This document shows positions 37,391 through 48,300 of a stretch of DNA of 62,786 bases, in pieces. A program made the translations under genes and the position numbers. Source of the stretch: a virus (lineage: Duplodnaviria; Caudoviricetes); the IMG/VR virus record IMGVR_UViG_3300025168_000083, positions 1 to 62,786 of that record, one strand, 5' to 3'. Position 1 is the first letter of the stretch. Each line of letters begins with the position of its first letter. The notes under the pieces are model-generated. The model did not search any database, was not told where the DNA came from, and was given only the letters and a program-made list of their open reading frames with translations.

Positions 37391-39081
37391 ATATACCCCA
37401 AGAAATGGTAGAAGATTTTCGTAATCATCTATGGGCTTGTTTTAAGTATCTTGGTTTGGGGGAACCAACTGGTGCTCAGTACGCAATGGCTGATGCACTA
37501 CAAAGCGGACCCAAGGATATGCAGTTACAAGCTGGGCGGGGTTTTGGTAAGTCTGTTATCACAGCGTGTTTAGCGTCATGGTTTTTATTAAAGGATTCTA
37601 ATACTACTATCATGGTAGTTTCTGCAACAGGTAACAAGGCAACCGAGTTCATCTCTATGACTCGTAAGATCCTAGACTTAGTGCCTTACTGTGAGCATCT
37701 TCGACCGGGAGATCACACTACAGACAACGCCTTTGCATTCAATGTCGAGGCTAGGACTAAGATCGGACAGGACAAGTCTTGTTATGCTCGCGGTATTACT
37801 TCGCAGATCACTGGTTCGCACGCAGACTATGTAATTGGAGATGACATTGAAATCGAAGGCAACTGTGAAACTGCTAATGCTAGAGATAAATTAATGAACA
37901 AGGTTGCAGAGTTTGAACAGATTCGTAATGTCGGTGGGCGTGTAATCTTTTTAGGTACACCACAAATTAAAGACTCGATCTACAACCAACTAAAGTCGGG
38001 CTATAAAGTAACTAAGTTTCCTGCCATAATTCCTGATGTAACTAATCCTGTTGAGTGTGAGGATGTTAATGAGTGGGTGTTACAACTGTCGAGAGAACCC
38101 GGACAAGCAACACAACCAGAAAGATTTCCTATGGAAGTTCTTATGGAACGTATGGCTAAGATTGGGCCTAAGTTATTTGCACTTCACTATAAACTTGACA
38201 CAACTCTCGCTGACTTTGAGAAGTTTCCTCTTAGGTTATCAGATTTGATTGTGATAGATGTCCATCCTGACCTTTGTCCTGAGAAGATTGTGTGGGCTAA
38301 GTCACAACCAATGAAGGGTGTCCCCTTGTTTGGTTTATCTGGTGATTTAATCTACAACCCTATGTGGATCTCCGAAGAGTTTACGTCTTACAAGGGTAGA
38401 GTGATGTACATAGATCCATCGGGTCGAGGTGAGGACGAGACGGCTGTCTGTATAGCCTCCTTCGCCAATGGGTATGTATTCATACACGAGCTTATTGGAT
38501 ATCCCGGTGGCTATGAGCAGGGAGTCTTGAAGAAGATCGCTAGAATGGCACGAGAGTACGATGTAAACCATATACGAGTAGAGAGCAACTTCGGTGATGC
38601 TATGTATTGTCAGTTGTTAGCTCCTGTTGTATATGATATATGTGGTAAGGTGTTGATAGAGGACTATAGGGTGAGTGGACGCAAGGAAGCAAGGATGATC
38701 GAAGCCTTGGAACCTGTAATGTCCTCCCATCGACTAGTCTTTGACCGGAGAGCTATCTCTCAAGAGCAGACACAGAAGCAGATTACTAGGTTGTTCGATA
38801 AGCGGGGTGCTTTACCTCACGATGACCGGGTAGATGTCCTCTCGGCGGCTGTTAGCCACTGGGAAGATCTCCTAGCAACTGATGTTGATCAGGTGATTGC
38901 GACAAACAAAGAGCAGGAGCGTCAAGAGATCGTCAAAACATGGATGAGTGACAGTCGGAGGATGGGCCTGTGGGGGAATGCGGTTTCTGGAGCTTGTATA
39001 GACATCTCTCAAAGAGAACCACCCGACCCCAACAAACCTAAATGGGGGCTAAAGAAGAGAAACACTAGGCAATGGGGCTAG
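37387..39081 (+). CDS. Terminase large subunit (gp19-like)
   Basis: QAGRGFGKS, GDDIE, LGTPQ, IDPSGRGEDET, HDDRVD. Confidence 0.97.
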   Translation: MNIPQEMVEDFRNHLWACFKYLGLGEPTGAQYAMADALQSGPKDMQLQAGRGFGKSVITACLASWFLLKDSNTTIMVVSATGNKATEFISMTRKILDLVPYCEHLRPGDHTTDNAFAFNVEARTKIGQDKSCYARGITSQITGSHADYVIGDDIEIEGNCETANARDKLMNKVAEFEQIRNVGGRVIFLGTPQIKDSIYNQLKSGYKVTKFPAIIPDVTNPVECEDVNEWVLQLSREPGQATQPERFPMEVLMERMAKIGPKLFALHYKLDTTLADFEKFPLRLSDLIVIDVHPDLCPEKIVWAKSQPMKGVPLFGLSGDLIYNPMWISEEFTSYKGRVMYIDPSGRGEDETAVCIASFANGYVFIHELIGYPGGYEQGVLKKIARMAREYDVNHIRVESNFGDAMYCQLLAPVVYDICGKVLIEDYRVSGRKEARMIEALEPVMSSHRLVFDRRAISQEQTQKQITRLFDKRGALPHDDRVDVLSAAVSHWEDLLATDVDQVIATNKEQERQEIVKTWMSDSRRMGLWGNAVSGACIDISQREPPDPNKPKWGLKKRNTRQWG

Positions 39082-39178
39082 GAAGCCCTAGAATCGCCTG
39101 TAAGGACTTTGAATTTATACTATAGTAGGGTACTTATTAACCCTTAGAATGGCTCAGACGGGCTGTAAGGAGGCTTAA

Positions 39179-40018
39179 ATGCCAGCATTATGGATGGGAC
39201 TGGGAATGGGAGCTTTACAGGGCGGATTAGCTCTGTTTGGTGGATCCAACGAAGCCGATGCACAAGCAAACGCTGCGTACACCCAAGCCAAAGCAGCTGA
39301 GTTTGAAGCTTGGAAGAGTCAACGCCAGTTTGAACATGGCGAGTTCATGAATAAAATGCAGAACCAGATTAAAAACCGGCAGACTGCTAAGGCAAACGCT
39401 ACTCGCTTTATTCAGAATCAAAAAATAGCTGAGTCAGCCAATATCAACCGAGCGGAAGAAGAGTTTTGGATTAGGTGGAATTTTGATAACGAAGCCGAGG
39501 CTATTTCTAAAAAGCACCAACAGGTAAACAACTCTTTAATTAAGTCATTAGATAAAAGAAATATTAATTTAAGTAGTGGGAACGCAAGAGCCCTTCTTAG
39601 AGCATCATTAAACAACAGTGGTGAAATGATGGTAGATAGAAGAGTCTCTGCTAGAAACAAAATGAAGGGTGCAGAGCGAAAACAATTAGCAGCATTGTCT
39701 AAAAGAGATTTTGGGTATAATTCCCACACTACATATATACCGGGACTGTTCTTGCAGGCTGGTACAGTGGATCCAATGGCAGCTGCTAACAGTGCCTACA
39801 GTACAGGAATGACTAGCGCAGTACTTTCTGGAATAAGTGGAGCAGCGCAAGGTGCATTTATGGGTGCTCAGATGGGCGATATGATGGCTGGAACTCCAGC
39901 TACTCCCGGTGGTCCCGGTGGTCCTCCAGCAGGACAGCCCGGAAGCACGTATGCAGGTCCGCCTCAACCATCTTATGAAACAATGGGATTCCCATATCCA
40001 AGCTACACTAGCTTTTAG
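39179..40018 (+). CDS. Internal virion protein (gp14-like)
   Basis: Gly/Ala-rich hydrophobic ends around a coiled-coil core; GGAGG RBS. Confidence 0.7.
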   Translation: MPALWMGLGMGALQGGLALFGGSNEADAQANAAYTQAKAAEFEAWKSQRQFEHGEFMNKMQNQIKNRQTAKANATRFIQNQKIAESANINRAEEEFWIRWNFDNEAEAISKKHQQVNNSLIKSLDKRNINLSSGNARALLRASLNNSGEMMVDRRVSARNKMKGAERKQLAALSKRDFGYNSHTTYIPGLFLQAGTVDPMAAANSAYSTGMTSAVLSGISGAAQGAFMGAQMGDMMAGTPATPGGPGGPPAGQPGSTYAGPPQPSYETMGFPYPSYTSF

Positions 40019-40027
40019 GAGTAACTT

Positions 40028-41092
40028 ATGAATGAAGCATTAAACAAATTAAAAGAAATTGTAAGTAGTAGTAAAACTCCTATGGAAGAAAGAATGGATC
40101 CTCGGGATGCTGTAGGCCAAGCTGCAATTTCAAGATCTGAACAATGGTTAGCAAATAACCAAGGTCTGCCCAAGGATGCTTTGTATGGAAAATGGAAAAC
40201 AGAGTTTAGAGCCGGGGCTATAGTAACTCCTAATAATAAAGATTATATGTGGGAGACTGAATCTAAGCTTCACCCAAAGGGTCCAGACTTTGCTACCAAT
40301 GATTATCTTACTATGATTCACGAAAGATTAGATAAGATGGATGACTTGGGTAAGAAGTCTTATCTACAAGATATTGCTAGAGAAGCTCCCTCACCTGTAT
40401 TAAATAACTTATTATTAGATATGAGAATCCTAGATCAAAAGGGAAGAAGTAAAACACAAGAAAGAGCAAGGCTTGCAAACATCCACGAGTTTGATAAAAC
40501 TTCTACATCTTTTATTGAAAACATGTATTCAGGAAAAACAACTGGACTAAACCCAGAGGTTTCTGTTTCTTCTCATGGCGAAGACTTAACAAAGGCTTGG
40601 GGATTTAATAGAGACGATATCTTTATTGACGACACTGGTAGAATTGCTATTACTACTGAAGAAGGTCAGATTGCTCCGGTGTGGTCTCTTGAAGAGCGTG
40701 GATTAACTTGGGAAGAAATTGCTGTCAATGCTCAGGACATATCACCAATCGCTAAAAGAAAAGTTAAGAAAGCATTAGAGTACAGTAGAAGTAATGCAAG
40801 AGCAACTGAAAGAGCCGCAACCTTAGAGTTAGGCAAAACAGTTGAAAATCAACCAAGGGAATTTCAATCAAGCATTACTGTTGATTATGCTGAAATAAGT
40901 CCTGACCCTATGTTAACTCTTCAACACTCAGTACACGCTTCTGTAGATAATAGTATAGAGCGTGGAGACTATCTGTCATTAAAAGATCTTGCAAGAGATT
41001 ACTGGGCTAGATGGGAAGATATTAGAAAAACTATAGATGCCCGAGCATCGAATGGAATGGCATCCCATACACAAGGAGGATCCAATGTCTAG
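40028..41092 (+). CDS. Putative internal virion protein, 354 aa
   Basis: AGGAG RBS; helical, Cys-free; cluster position. Confidence 0.65.
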   Translation: MNEALNKLKEIVSSSKTPMEERMDPRDAVGQAAISRSEQWLANNQGLPKDALYGKWKTEFRAGAIVTPNNKDYMWETESKLHPKGPDFATNDYLTMIHERLDKMDDLGKKSYLQDIAREAPSPVLNNLLLDMRILDQKGRSKTQERARLANIHEFDKTSTSFIENMYSGKTTGLNPEVSVSSHGEDLTKAWGFNRDDIFIDDTGRIAITTEEGQIAPVWSLEERGLTWEEIAVNAQDISPIAKRKVKKALEYSRSNARATERAATLELGKTVENQPREFQSSITVDYAEISPDPMLTLQHSVHASVDNSIERGDYLSLKDLARDYWARWEDIRKTIDARASNGMASHTQGGSNV

Positions 41093-41534
41093 CAGTATGA
41101 GTGGTGTTGTTGGAATGCCTTTGGGTGGTCCTGTGAGCACAGTTAGTGAGGGCGGTATACAAACCGGATCGTTCTCAATCCAAAGTATGAACACAACCGC
41201 AATCATGCAAATGTATAACAACACCGCAAACATGTGGAACAATGTTGTAAACTTTGGCATGGACATGTCTAACCTTTCTTTTAAGTGGTTAAAGTATGAG
41301 CATGACAAGGCTAAAGGATTACAAAAAGCAACAATGACAGCTGAGGCTCACCAAGAAACTCAAGCACAAGCTAGACGAGAACGAGAAAACGCTGAGTTAA
41401 AAAGATCACTACTACAAATGCAGATTAATAATCAAAGAACCGCACCGGGTGGTCCATTAACATCAGGCATTATGGGAGAAGAAGAAAAATTTGAAGGACC
41501 AGATCCACTAGAAGAGGGAGTAACTCCATCATGA
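41085..41534 (+). CDS. Putative internal virion protein (start reassigned to 41085)
   Basis: GGAGGA RBS before ATG 41085. Confidence 0.65.
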   Translation: MSSSMSGVVGMPLGGPVSTVSEGGIQTGSFSIQSMNTTAIMQMYNNTANMWNNVVNFGMDMSNLSFKWLKYEHDKAKGLQKATMTAEAHQETQAQARRERENAELKRSLLQMQINNQRTAPGGPLTSGIMGEEEKFEGPDPLEEGVTPS

Positions 41535-44500
41535 GTGATAGCTCATTATATTTTGCACAATCTAATAAACCGACCCCAGAAGAATTAGGAACGCAAATAG
41601 ACGAAGAAAAACGACGAGAGGGAGAATACGATCCTACATCTGAAGGATCTTTTAACACAAGAAATATTGTTTTCCCCTCAGTAGTTAATGATAGAATTAC
41701 ACAGATTGAACAAGATGGACCAAAGACCGTTGGAGAGTCAGACGAACTTTTATTTGTACATGCTCTTGGTAAGGCAGAACAAGATGGGGTGACTCCTGAG
41801 ATAATGAGTGAAGAGATCAAAACTACAACAGCAATCACCACAAATCTTGGAAGACTTGAGAACGACAAAACAACAGAGTCTTTTAGAGATAAGGTTAACA
41901 ACCAACAGTTTGAAAATACAGATGGAGAAGTAATGCCGGAAGTTTTCCAAACCACTGCCACAGAATCAATTGCTTTGCTGGGTATATACTCTCAGGGTAA
42001 GAATTTAGGTGAGGGGTTTGAAGATTTAACTGTTGTTCAAGAGGCTTACGCTAGAGGTTTAATGGATCGATATAAAGAATTAAAGGCTAGAAAAAGCAAC
42101 ATCGAGGGGACAACAAAACCAATTGTAATGAGTGAAGTTATGTCAGAAGTTTTTGAAGAGATGTTTGGACAAAATCTCCCGACAGATATACAAACTCCTT
42201 TTGGAAGTACTACAGAAACTTTCTTACCGAATGGAGAAGGATCTCTTTCCGAAGCGGCTAAAAATTCTATTGGGGTATTAAGAGATGTACATAAAGAAGA
42301 AGATGTAACGGATACAGGAGACGCTCCGTTATATACAACAGAAAATATACAAAGTAGAGACCAAGTTCGAGAAGCAATAGACACGGTTTATCGAATGTAC
42401 CAAGAGGGGGGTGACGTTGAAAACAGCCCGCTTAGTGGACACGAGATAATGAACAACCGTATCGTAACATATGAAAATACAGGTCTTCTTGTATCCCGTG
42501 CTCTAGAAGAGTTTGAAAGCGGTACACCTTCTGATGAAGTAGATTACCAATATCTTGCTTCGATGTTAAACAACATGGGAATTACAGATATAGATATATC
42601 AAAGCCATTCAGTGCTGCTGACATTCCTATGTACATTGAAAAACTAAGCAAGGCCCAAGAAGTATTATCTTCAGATGTGGATAGCTTGTATGAAGCAAAG
42701 TTAGATGTTGTAAGTCCAGCGAGAAGATATGAAAGAATGGTTGGTAGACATGTTGGAGCGCAGGTAGGTAAAGAGTTTACCACAGCAACAGAAGTTAATA
42801 CTTTAATAAATGATGTATTAATGAACCCCGGCAACTATAGTGATGGAGCAAGGTTAAAAATATTAACCACATACAACATGGCTACAGAAGCTTTTGCGGA
42901 TATCCTTGCTCAGGAAGAAGTAGATACTAAGTTTGTAACTGATCTAGATGCTTTCCGTAGAAATAGAAATATGCCTTCTAATGCAACATCCGCTAAAAAT
43001 TCTGTGTTCATGTTCTTTGGTGCGGACGAGTCTGCAAGAAAAGGTTTTGTAGAGGGTCACCCTACAATGCAAACCTTAGCAACAGAAGCTTATGAGTTTT
43101 GGGATAAGGCTTATGGGGAAATATTTACTAAGGTCTTAGAAGAAACAGGTCAAGAAAATGTACAAGCTCCATCGTTAATGGCTGTCTTACAACTTGCAGA
43201 TCCAAATTGGACATTCGGTAATGACATACCTTGGGACAAAATAGATGATACAAATATGGCAGTGTTAACAGAGATGTTAGTTCAAGAATCATCTAAAAGA
43301 AATTTAAAAGACAAACCAGATATTCTAAATTCATTAGACGGTTATTTCCAAAGCTCAATGGAAATCATGACTGATGCTGAGGCATACAAGGCATTGCCTA
43401 TAGAACAAAAAATAAAGGTAGCTAAGTCTGTAAAGCTTATGACATACTTATTAGACACAGGAAATTTATTTGATTCCCCACAAAAAGCGACAGTTATTAG
43501 AGACTTGCTAACAGGTAATGCTCCAAAGGAAAAAATTGAAAAAAGAATGAGAGCTATTACACTTTTTGCAAGAGAGTTAAAAAAGGGTGGTGGTAATATA
43601 TTTGCCAGTGTAGACTTTGCAGCCATTGCAAAAGACCCTACCTCAGACGAAGCAATGGCAGTCCTTGCAGAAATGGAAACAGTATATACTAGGAGTGCTG
43701 ATAGAATTCAAGGGTATGTAGGAAGGCTATATAAGGGATCTGATCTTATAGCTTATGCAGAACCAGCCACAATGTTTGGAACACAGGGCAAGATATATGG
43801 AGGCGATGCCGCTGTTGCAACACTACAGTCAGATCTATTATCGCTAGGACTAACCGACAATCTTGATGACAAAAAGGAAGTAGAGATACTTCGTCTTACT
43901 TTACAAAACGGGTTTGGAGCTACTCTAACTAAAGCACAGCTAGAAGAAGTTGCTGATTATGGTTATACTTCATTTGGAGAAAATCAAAAGGCAGTTACTC
44001 TTATGCTTAATGGGTTATTTAGGGATCCTGAAGAAAGAGCTATTTATAATACTGCTTATGCCGCTTTAAACTCAACTGGAGAAAGGTTTAGTATAGTAGA
44101 TGTTTTAGAGTTAGCGGGATTTGGAACCGCTAAACCCGGAAATGTCTCTAATGGTTCATTCACTGTAGATCAAAACCTTCCGACCGGCCAGACAGGTTTA
44201 ATAGCTATTGATAATTCAAAGTTACCGGAAGCTGTAGAAAATATCCCACCGTTAGAAAGCGAAGACGAATGGAAAGATAAACATGAATATGATCGAGTTG
44301 CAACTCTGTACTCACTTTATAATGGACCGACTGCTGTTTCAACTCCTGAGCAACAAGAGCGGTTTCAAAAAAACGCAAGAGTTTTATACGCACACTCAAA
44401 AGGAAGAGATTTAGACTCAGACCAGTTTTATAGGCGTGTATCAGGGAACGAAGAAATAAATACGGGAATGACTAAATTTTTTAGGGATGACTTAAATCGA

Positions 44501-45343
44501 AGAACTTACGAGGCTGTAGACGTATCTTGGGCTGGTACTCCCGAAACCACAACAATTCTCCAAGGGAATTTTAATGTAAATAATAATCCCTACTTGTTTA
44601 AAATGGCAGCTGCTGCTAAGATAAAGCCAGAAGAATTCCAAAAACAATTAAATGGGATTATAGAAGAAGTACAAAGAGATTACAGTAGTAACGAACTTAT
44701 GATTGAGTTATATGATAAAGCAATGAAGCTGAGGGGGAACAGGAGTTTAGAAGGGTTTGGTGTTTTAGCTAATTTTGAAGAATTTATGAGAAAGTTTAAG
44801 CCTACTTTAATAGATTTAAACGTAGAGGTTTTAGTTAGAATGGAAGAGCTTTTACCTGAGTCATATACAAAAGCTGCTGGATACAGACCGAACATAGATA
44901 GGTTTGGGGGAGGTAGCCCAGATAGACTTACAACGGTTCGTAGATATCCTGACGTTAGAATGAGTTTTAATAACGGCAACAGATCTTTAACAGGCCCAGC
45001 TAGGCCAGATGGAATGAATGCAGCTTTGTACCGTATTGACGAAAACGGGAAACGTGTTGGAGAGCCTATTAATGTTGCGTGGGCATTTACAGAAGACGCT
45101 AAGATGATATATGATAACCCCTCAGACAGCACCCATTTTCAAATGGGTGGGGGGATAAAAAATTGGTATGCGGCTGATTTGGGTCCGTTTGGTCCCGCTA
45201 AACGTGCTCCTAGTCAATACAGAAGAGACCCGGCGGTAGTAGATAAAGCAATGTATCCAGAAACAGATCCTAGATTTATGGGAACAAAACATATAACTTA
45301 TCCCACGGCAATAACTCCGGGCGATATGACACCAAAACCTTAA
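41531..45343 (+). CDS. Large internal virion protein (gp15 position), 1270 aa
   Basis: Long helical ORF, no Cys seen by eye, precedes the giant protein. Confidence 0.7.
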   Translation: MSDSSLYFAQSNKPTPEELGTQIDEEKRREGEYDPTSEGSFNTRNIVFPSVVNDRITQIEQDGPKTVGESDELLFVHALGKAEQDGVTPEIMSEEIKTTTAITTNLGRLENDKTTESFRDKVNNQQFENTDGEVMPEVFQTTATESIALLGIYSQGKNLGEGFEDLTVVQEAYARGLMDRYKELKARKSNIEGTTKPIVMSEVMSEVFEEMFGQNLPTDIQTPFGSTTETFLPNGEGSLSEAAKNSIGVLRDVHKEEDVTDTGDAPLYTTENIQSRDQVREAIDTVYRMYQEGGDVENSPLSGHEIMNNRIVTYENTGLLVSRALEEFESGTPSDEVDYQYLASMLNNMGITDIDISKPFSAADIPMYIEKLSKAQEVLSSDVDSLYEAKLDVVSPARRYERMVGRHVGAQVGKEFTTATEVNTLINDVLMNPGNYSDGARLKILTTYNMATEAFADILAQEEVDTKFVTDLDAFRRNRNMPSNATSAKNSVFMFFGADESARKGFVEGHPTMQTLATEAYEFWDKAYGEIFTKVLEETGQENVQAPSLMAVLQLADPNWTFGNDIPWDKIDDTNMAVLTEMLVQESSKRNLKDKPDILNSLDGYFQSSMEIMTDAEAYKALPIEQKIKVAKSVKLMTYLLDTGNLFDSPQKATVIRDLLTGNAPKEKIEKRMRAITLFARELKKGGGNIFASVDFAAIAKDPTSDEAMAVLAEMETVYTRSADRIQGYVGRLYKGSDLIAYAEPATMFGTQGKIYGGDAAVATLQSDLLSLGLTDNLDDKKEVEILRLTLQNGFGATLTKAQLEEVADYGYTSFGENQKAVTLMLNGLFRDPEERAIYNTAYAALNSTGERFSIVDVLELAGFGTAKPGNVSNGSFTVDQNLPTGQTGLIAIDNSKLPEAVENIPPLESEDEWKDKHEYDRVATLYSLYNGPTAVSTPEQQERFQKNARVLYAHSKGRDLDSDQFYRRVSGNEEINTGMTKFFRDDLNRRTYEAVDVSWAGTPETTTILQGNFNVNNNPYLFKMAAAAKIKPEEFQKQLNGIIEEVQRDYSSNELMIELYDKAMKLRGNRSLEGFGVLANFEEFMRKFKPTLIDLNVEVLVRMEELLPESYTKAAGYRPNIDRFGGGSPDRLTTVRRYPDVRMSFNNGNRSLTGPARPDGMNAALYRIDENGKRVGEPINVAWAFTEDAKMIYDNPSDSTHFQMGGGIKNWYAADLGPFGPAKRAPSQYRRDPAVVDKAMYPETDPRFMGTKHITYPTAITPGDMTPKP

Positions 45344-45365
45344 TCCCTTAAAGGAGATTTAATAG

Positions 45366-48300
45366 ATGAGCGAACGACGTTGGTCAGTAGCACCGATCCC
45401 ATTAACTACTAGTAGTATCTTTGAAGAAAAACTTCAGAGAGACCAAATGAAACTAGTTAATGAACAAATGGCAGAAATACCATTTGCAAAGAACATGCCT
45501 GCTTATGGAACAGCTATAGACGCACCTATGGTCTTTCAAGACATGGACACAGGAGAGTATGTTAAGGGAATGCTGGAGTATGGAGAAGCTTCTAGGCAAC
45601 AGCTAAAAGGTGACTACGCTAGAGGATTTCTTGCTACAGATGCAGGATTCCGCCAACAGTTTTCTACTCAGGTTGTCGGAGGTAGAGATCTTTCTCTATA
45701 CAATGTTGATTCAGAAAAACTAGATTTATTAGAAATACCGAGTCATGTATCCGAGCAACTGCTTTCGGGGATGAAGGGGCCGCAATATAACTTAGCACTG
45801 TGGGACTATAGACATGCTCATGATGTTCCTATTATAGATTTGTTTGCAAGCGGACCTGAGGATTTTCTAAATATGGAGCCGCCTGAAGGGTGGTCAACCA
45901 AGGCTGCTATAAACGAATTCAAAGAACGAGATCCCAAACTATACGCTTTAATGGCTACAACTCTTGGGGGAGACGCTGGTATTGAAGAGATAACTAGAGA
46001 CTCTAGAAACCCAGTAGAGTTCTTTTATGATTTAAACAGACGACAGCAGCTATTAGCAATTACACAAAGTCAACAGATGTTTGAAGACAGAGCTGGATTT
46101 ATATCTAGTAATTATGAAGGATTAAAAAACTTTGTTGTAAATGGTATTTTAGATGACCCAGACATGGCAGCATCTTTTGCTTTGTCTGTTGGATTAGCAG
46201 CCTTTACAGGAGGTACTAGCCTTCTTGCTGGAGCCGCTTTTAAGATTGGCAAGGCGGCTAAGACAGCTCACAGATTTAATAAGGTACTAGGATCGGGACG
46301 AGCAGTTGGTAGAGGGTTAGCTATTAGTGCCAAGCACGCAAGAACTGCTCAAGTATTGTTACCAGAAAACCTTGGCCCAACATTAGTTAGGACCGTTCTG
46401 TTTAAAGAAAAGTACGCAAAGATGGGCGGGGTCGCTAAGTTTGGCGTGAATAGGTTATCTGATTCTGTTGAAGGTACAATAAGTGGAGCGTTAGCTGAAA
46501 CCTTTAATCAGAAAAGAAAAAAGGATTTAGGTCTTATAGATGAAATGAGCTATGCTGCTATTGCTAGCGAAGCTCTTACTGAAGCTGCCTTATCCCCGTT
46601 GATTAATCCTATCTTTGGTGGTGTCTTTAAGGGAATAGGTATGGTAGCTAGTGTACCCGGTACGATTATGAGTCAAGCCTTTGCAAACACACTAGGTAAA
46701 AGGGAACTAGGAAAGTACTTACAAGAGACTACACAGACAGCTCTTAGTATGTTTAATCCACAAGCAATGTTAGATTCTATGGATGTGTATGAAGGTAAGG
46801 AAACTTTAATAACTAATATTAATAGTTTATTAGGAGAAGAAGAATCCTTAAAGGATGGTCTAGAACTTGAAAGTACTTTAATTCCAATTCTTGAAACTGT
46901 CCGAGCTACTTCTGGATTGGATAGCCCTAAGTTTTTAGACGCTTTAAATGTAGCCGTAGAAAATATAATTACCGCTCGATCAGCATCACAAAGTGCTAAT
47001 AAAGAAATGACAGGAGCCGAACTAGGCGTTAGTATTATTACTCAACTAGCCACAGAAAATGCAGAGATGGCTACTACCCTTGGAGAAAAAGGGTTTGAAC
47101 ATATAATGGCTGTTATTTCAAATCAACTTACTATGATTACGAATGCTAAGAAAGAAGGATTATCTGTAGAAGAGTATTTTTCTAGGGTAGTAGAAGACGG
47201 AACATATTTTGATTTGCTTCCAGAAGTTCTTAAGCAGGAGGTCTATAAGAAGGCGGGTGGCGAAGAAGCCGCTAAGAAGTTAGGGGATACTAAACTTAGA
47301 GAAATCGCAGCAGAAGTTCAATTAGATATTATTAAAGAGTCTAAAAAAATTCACACTGAGTTTAAGAAGAGGGTTGAATCAACCACAAAAGAAGTAAACG
47401 AAGTTAATGAAAGTGTACAGAATATAAGCGAAGCAACGGGAATACCAATTCCACCTAGAGTTGATCCTTCCCCAGAACCTACAGTAACACCTCGACCAAG
47501 AAGTAACGAGGGTGCTACTGATACGGCTCCAGCAGAGGAACAGAGTAGTGATGAGGCCCAAGCACCTGTGGACGATCTTACAGAACAACACCGCAAAGAA
47601 ACAGATCTGACAGAGACACAGAAAGAACTGATCAACATTAAAGAAGAATTAATGAAGAGGCGTAGAGATGCCCGTAATGCAGAAACTGTAGATAGAAAAG
47701 AACTTAAAGAGATTGACAAGAATATTAAATCTGTAGATGCGTTACTTACTAGAATTGAGACTCTTAGAAAAGAAGTTACAAATAGTATTAACGCCTACTT
47801 AACTGAATCAGGTCAAAGTAAAGAACTCATTGAGCTTGGTAGAACACTTAGAAAGTTAACTGAACAAATAGACAGAGCAATGGAAAAACTTAAGCCAATG
47901 CAAAATGAGATTAATCAGAACCTTGAAGACCGTAGTACACTTTCTGCAATCTTTACTTACTTCGGACCCGACTCGGCTGAAAAATATCCAGATGGTGTGT
48001 TCTTTGAAAACTTAAGTCCTGAACTACAAGAAACCTTACAGAGAATACATGACTCATTAAAATCTGGAACTGCAAAGACATATTTGGCTGAAGTCATAGC
48101 TGGTAAAAAACTTTCTGTAAAAGAAATTAAATCAAGAATTGTTAAAACTTTACAGAGAAAAACAGAACAGTTAAAAGAAAAGTGGGAAAACGATGCGTTG
48201 GTTGATCATATTCGAGACGAGGAAAAGAAACTAGAAGAACTTCGTGGTAAGTATAATGTAGAAAACGCTAAGTACCAACAGGAAAACATCAAGAAAGATC

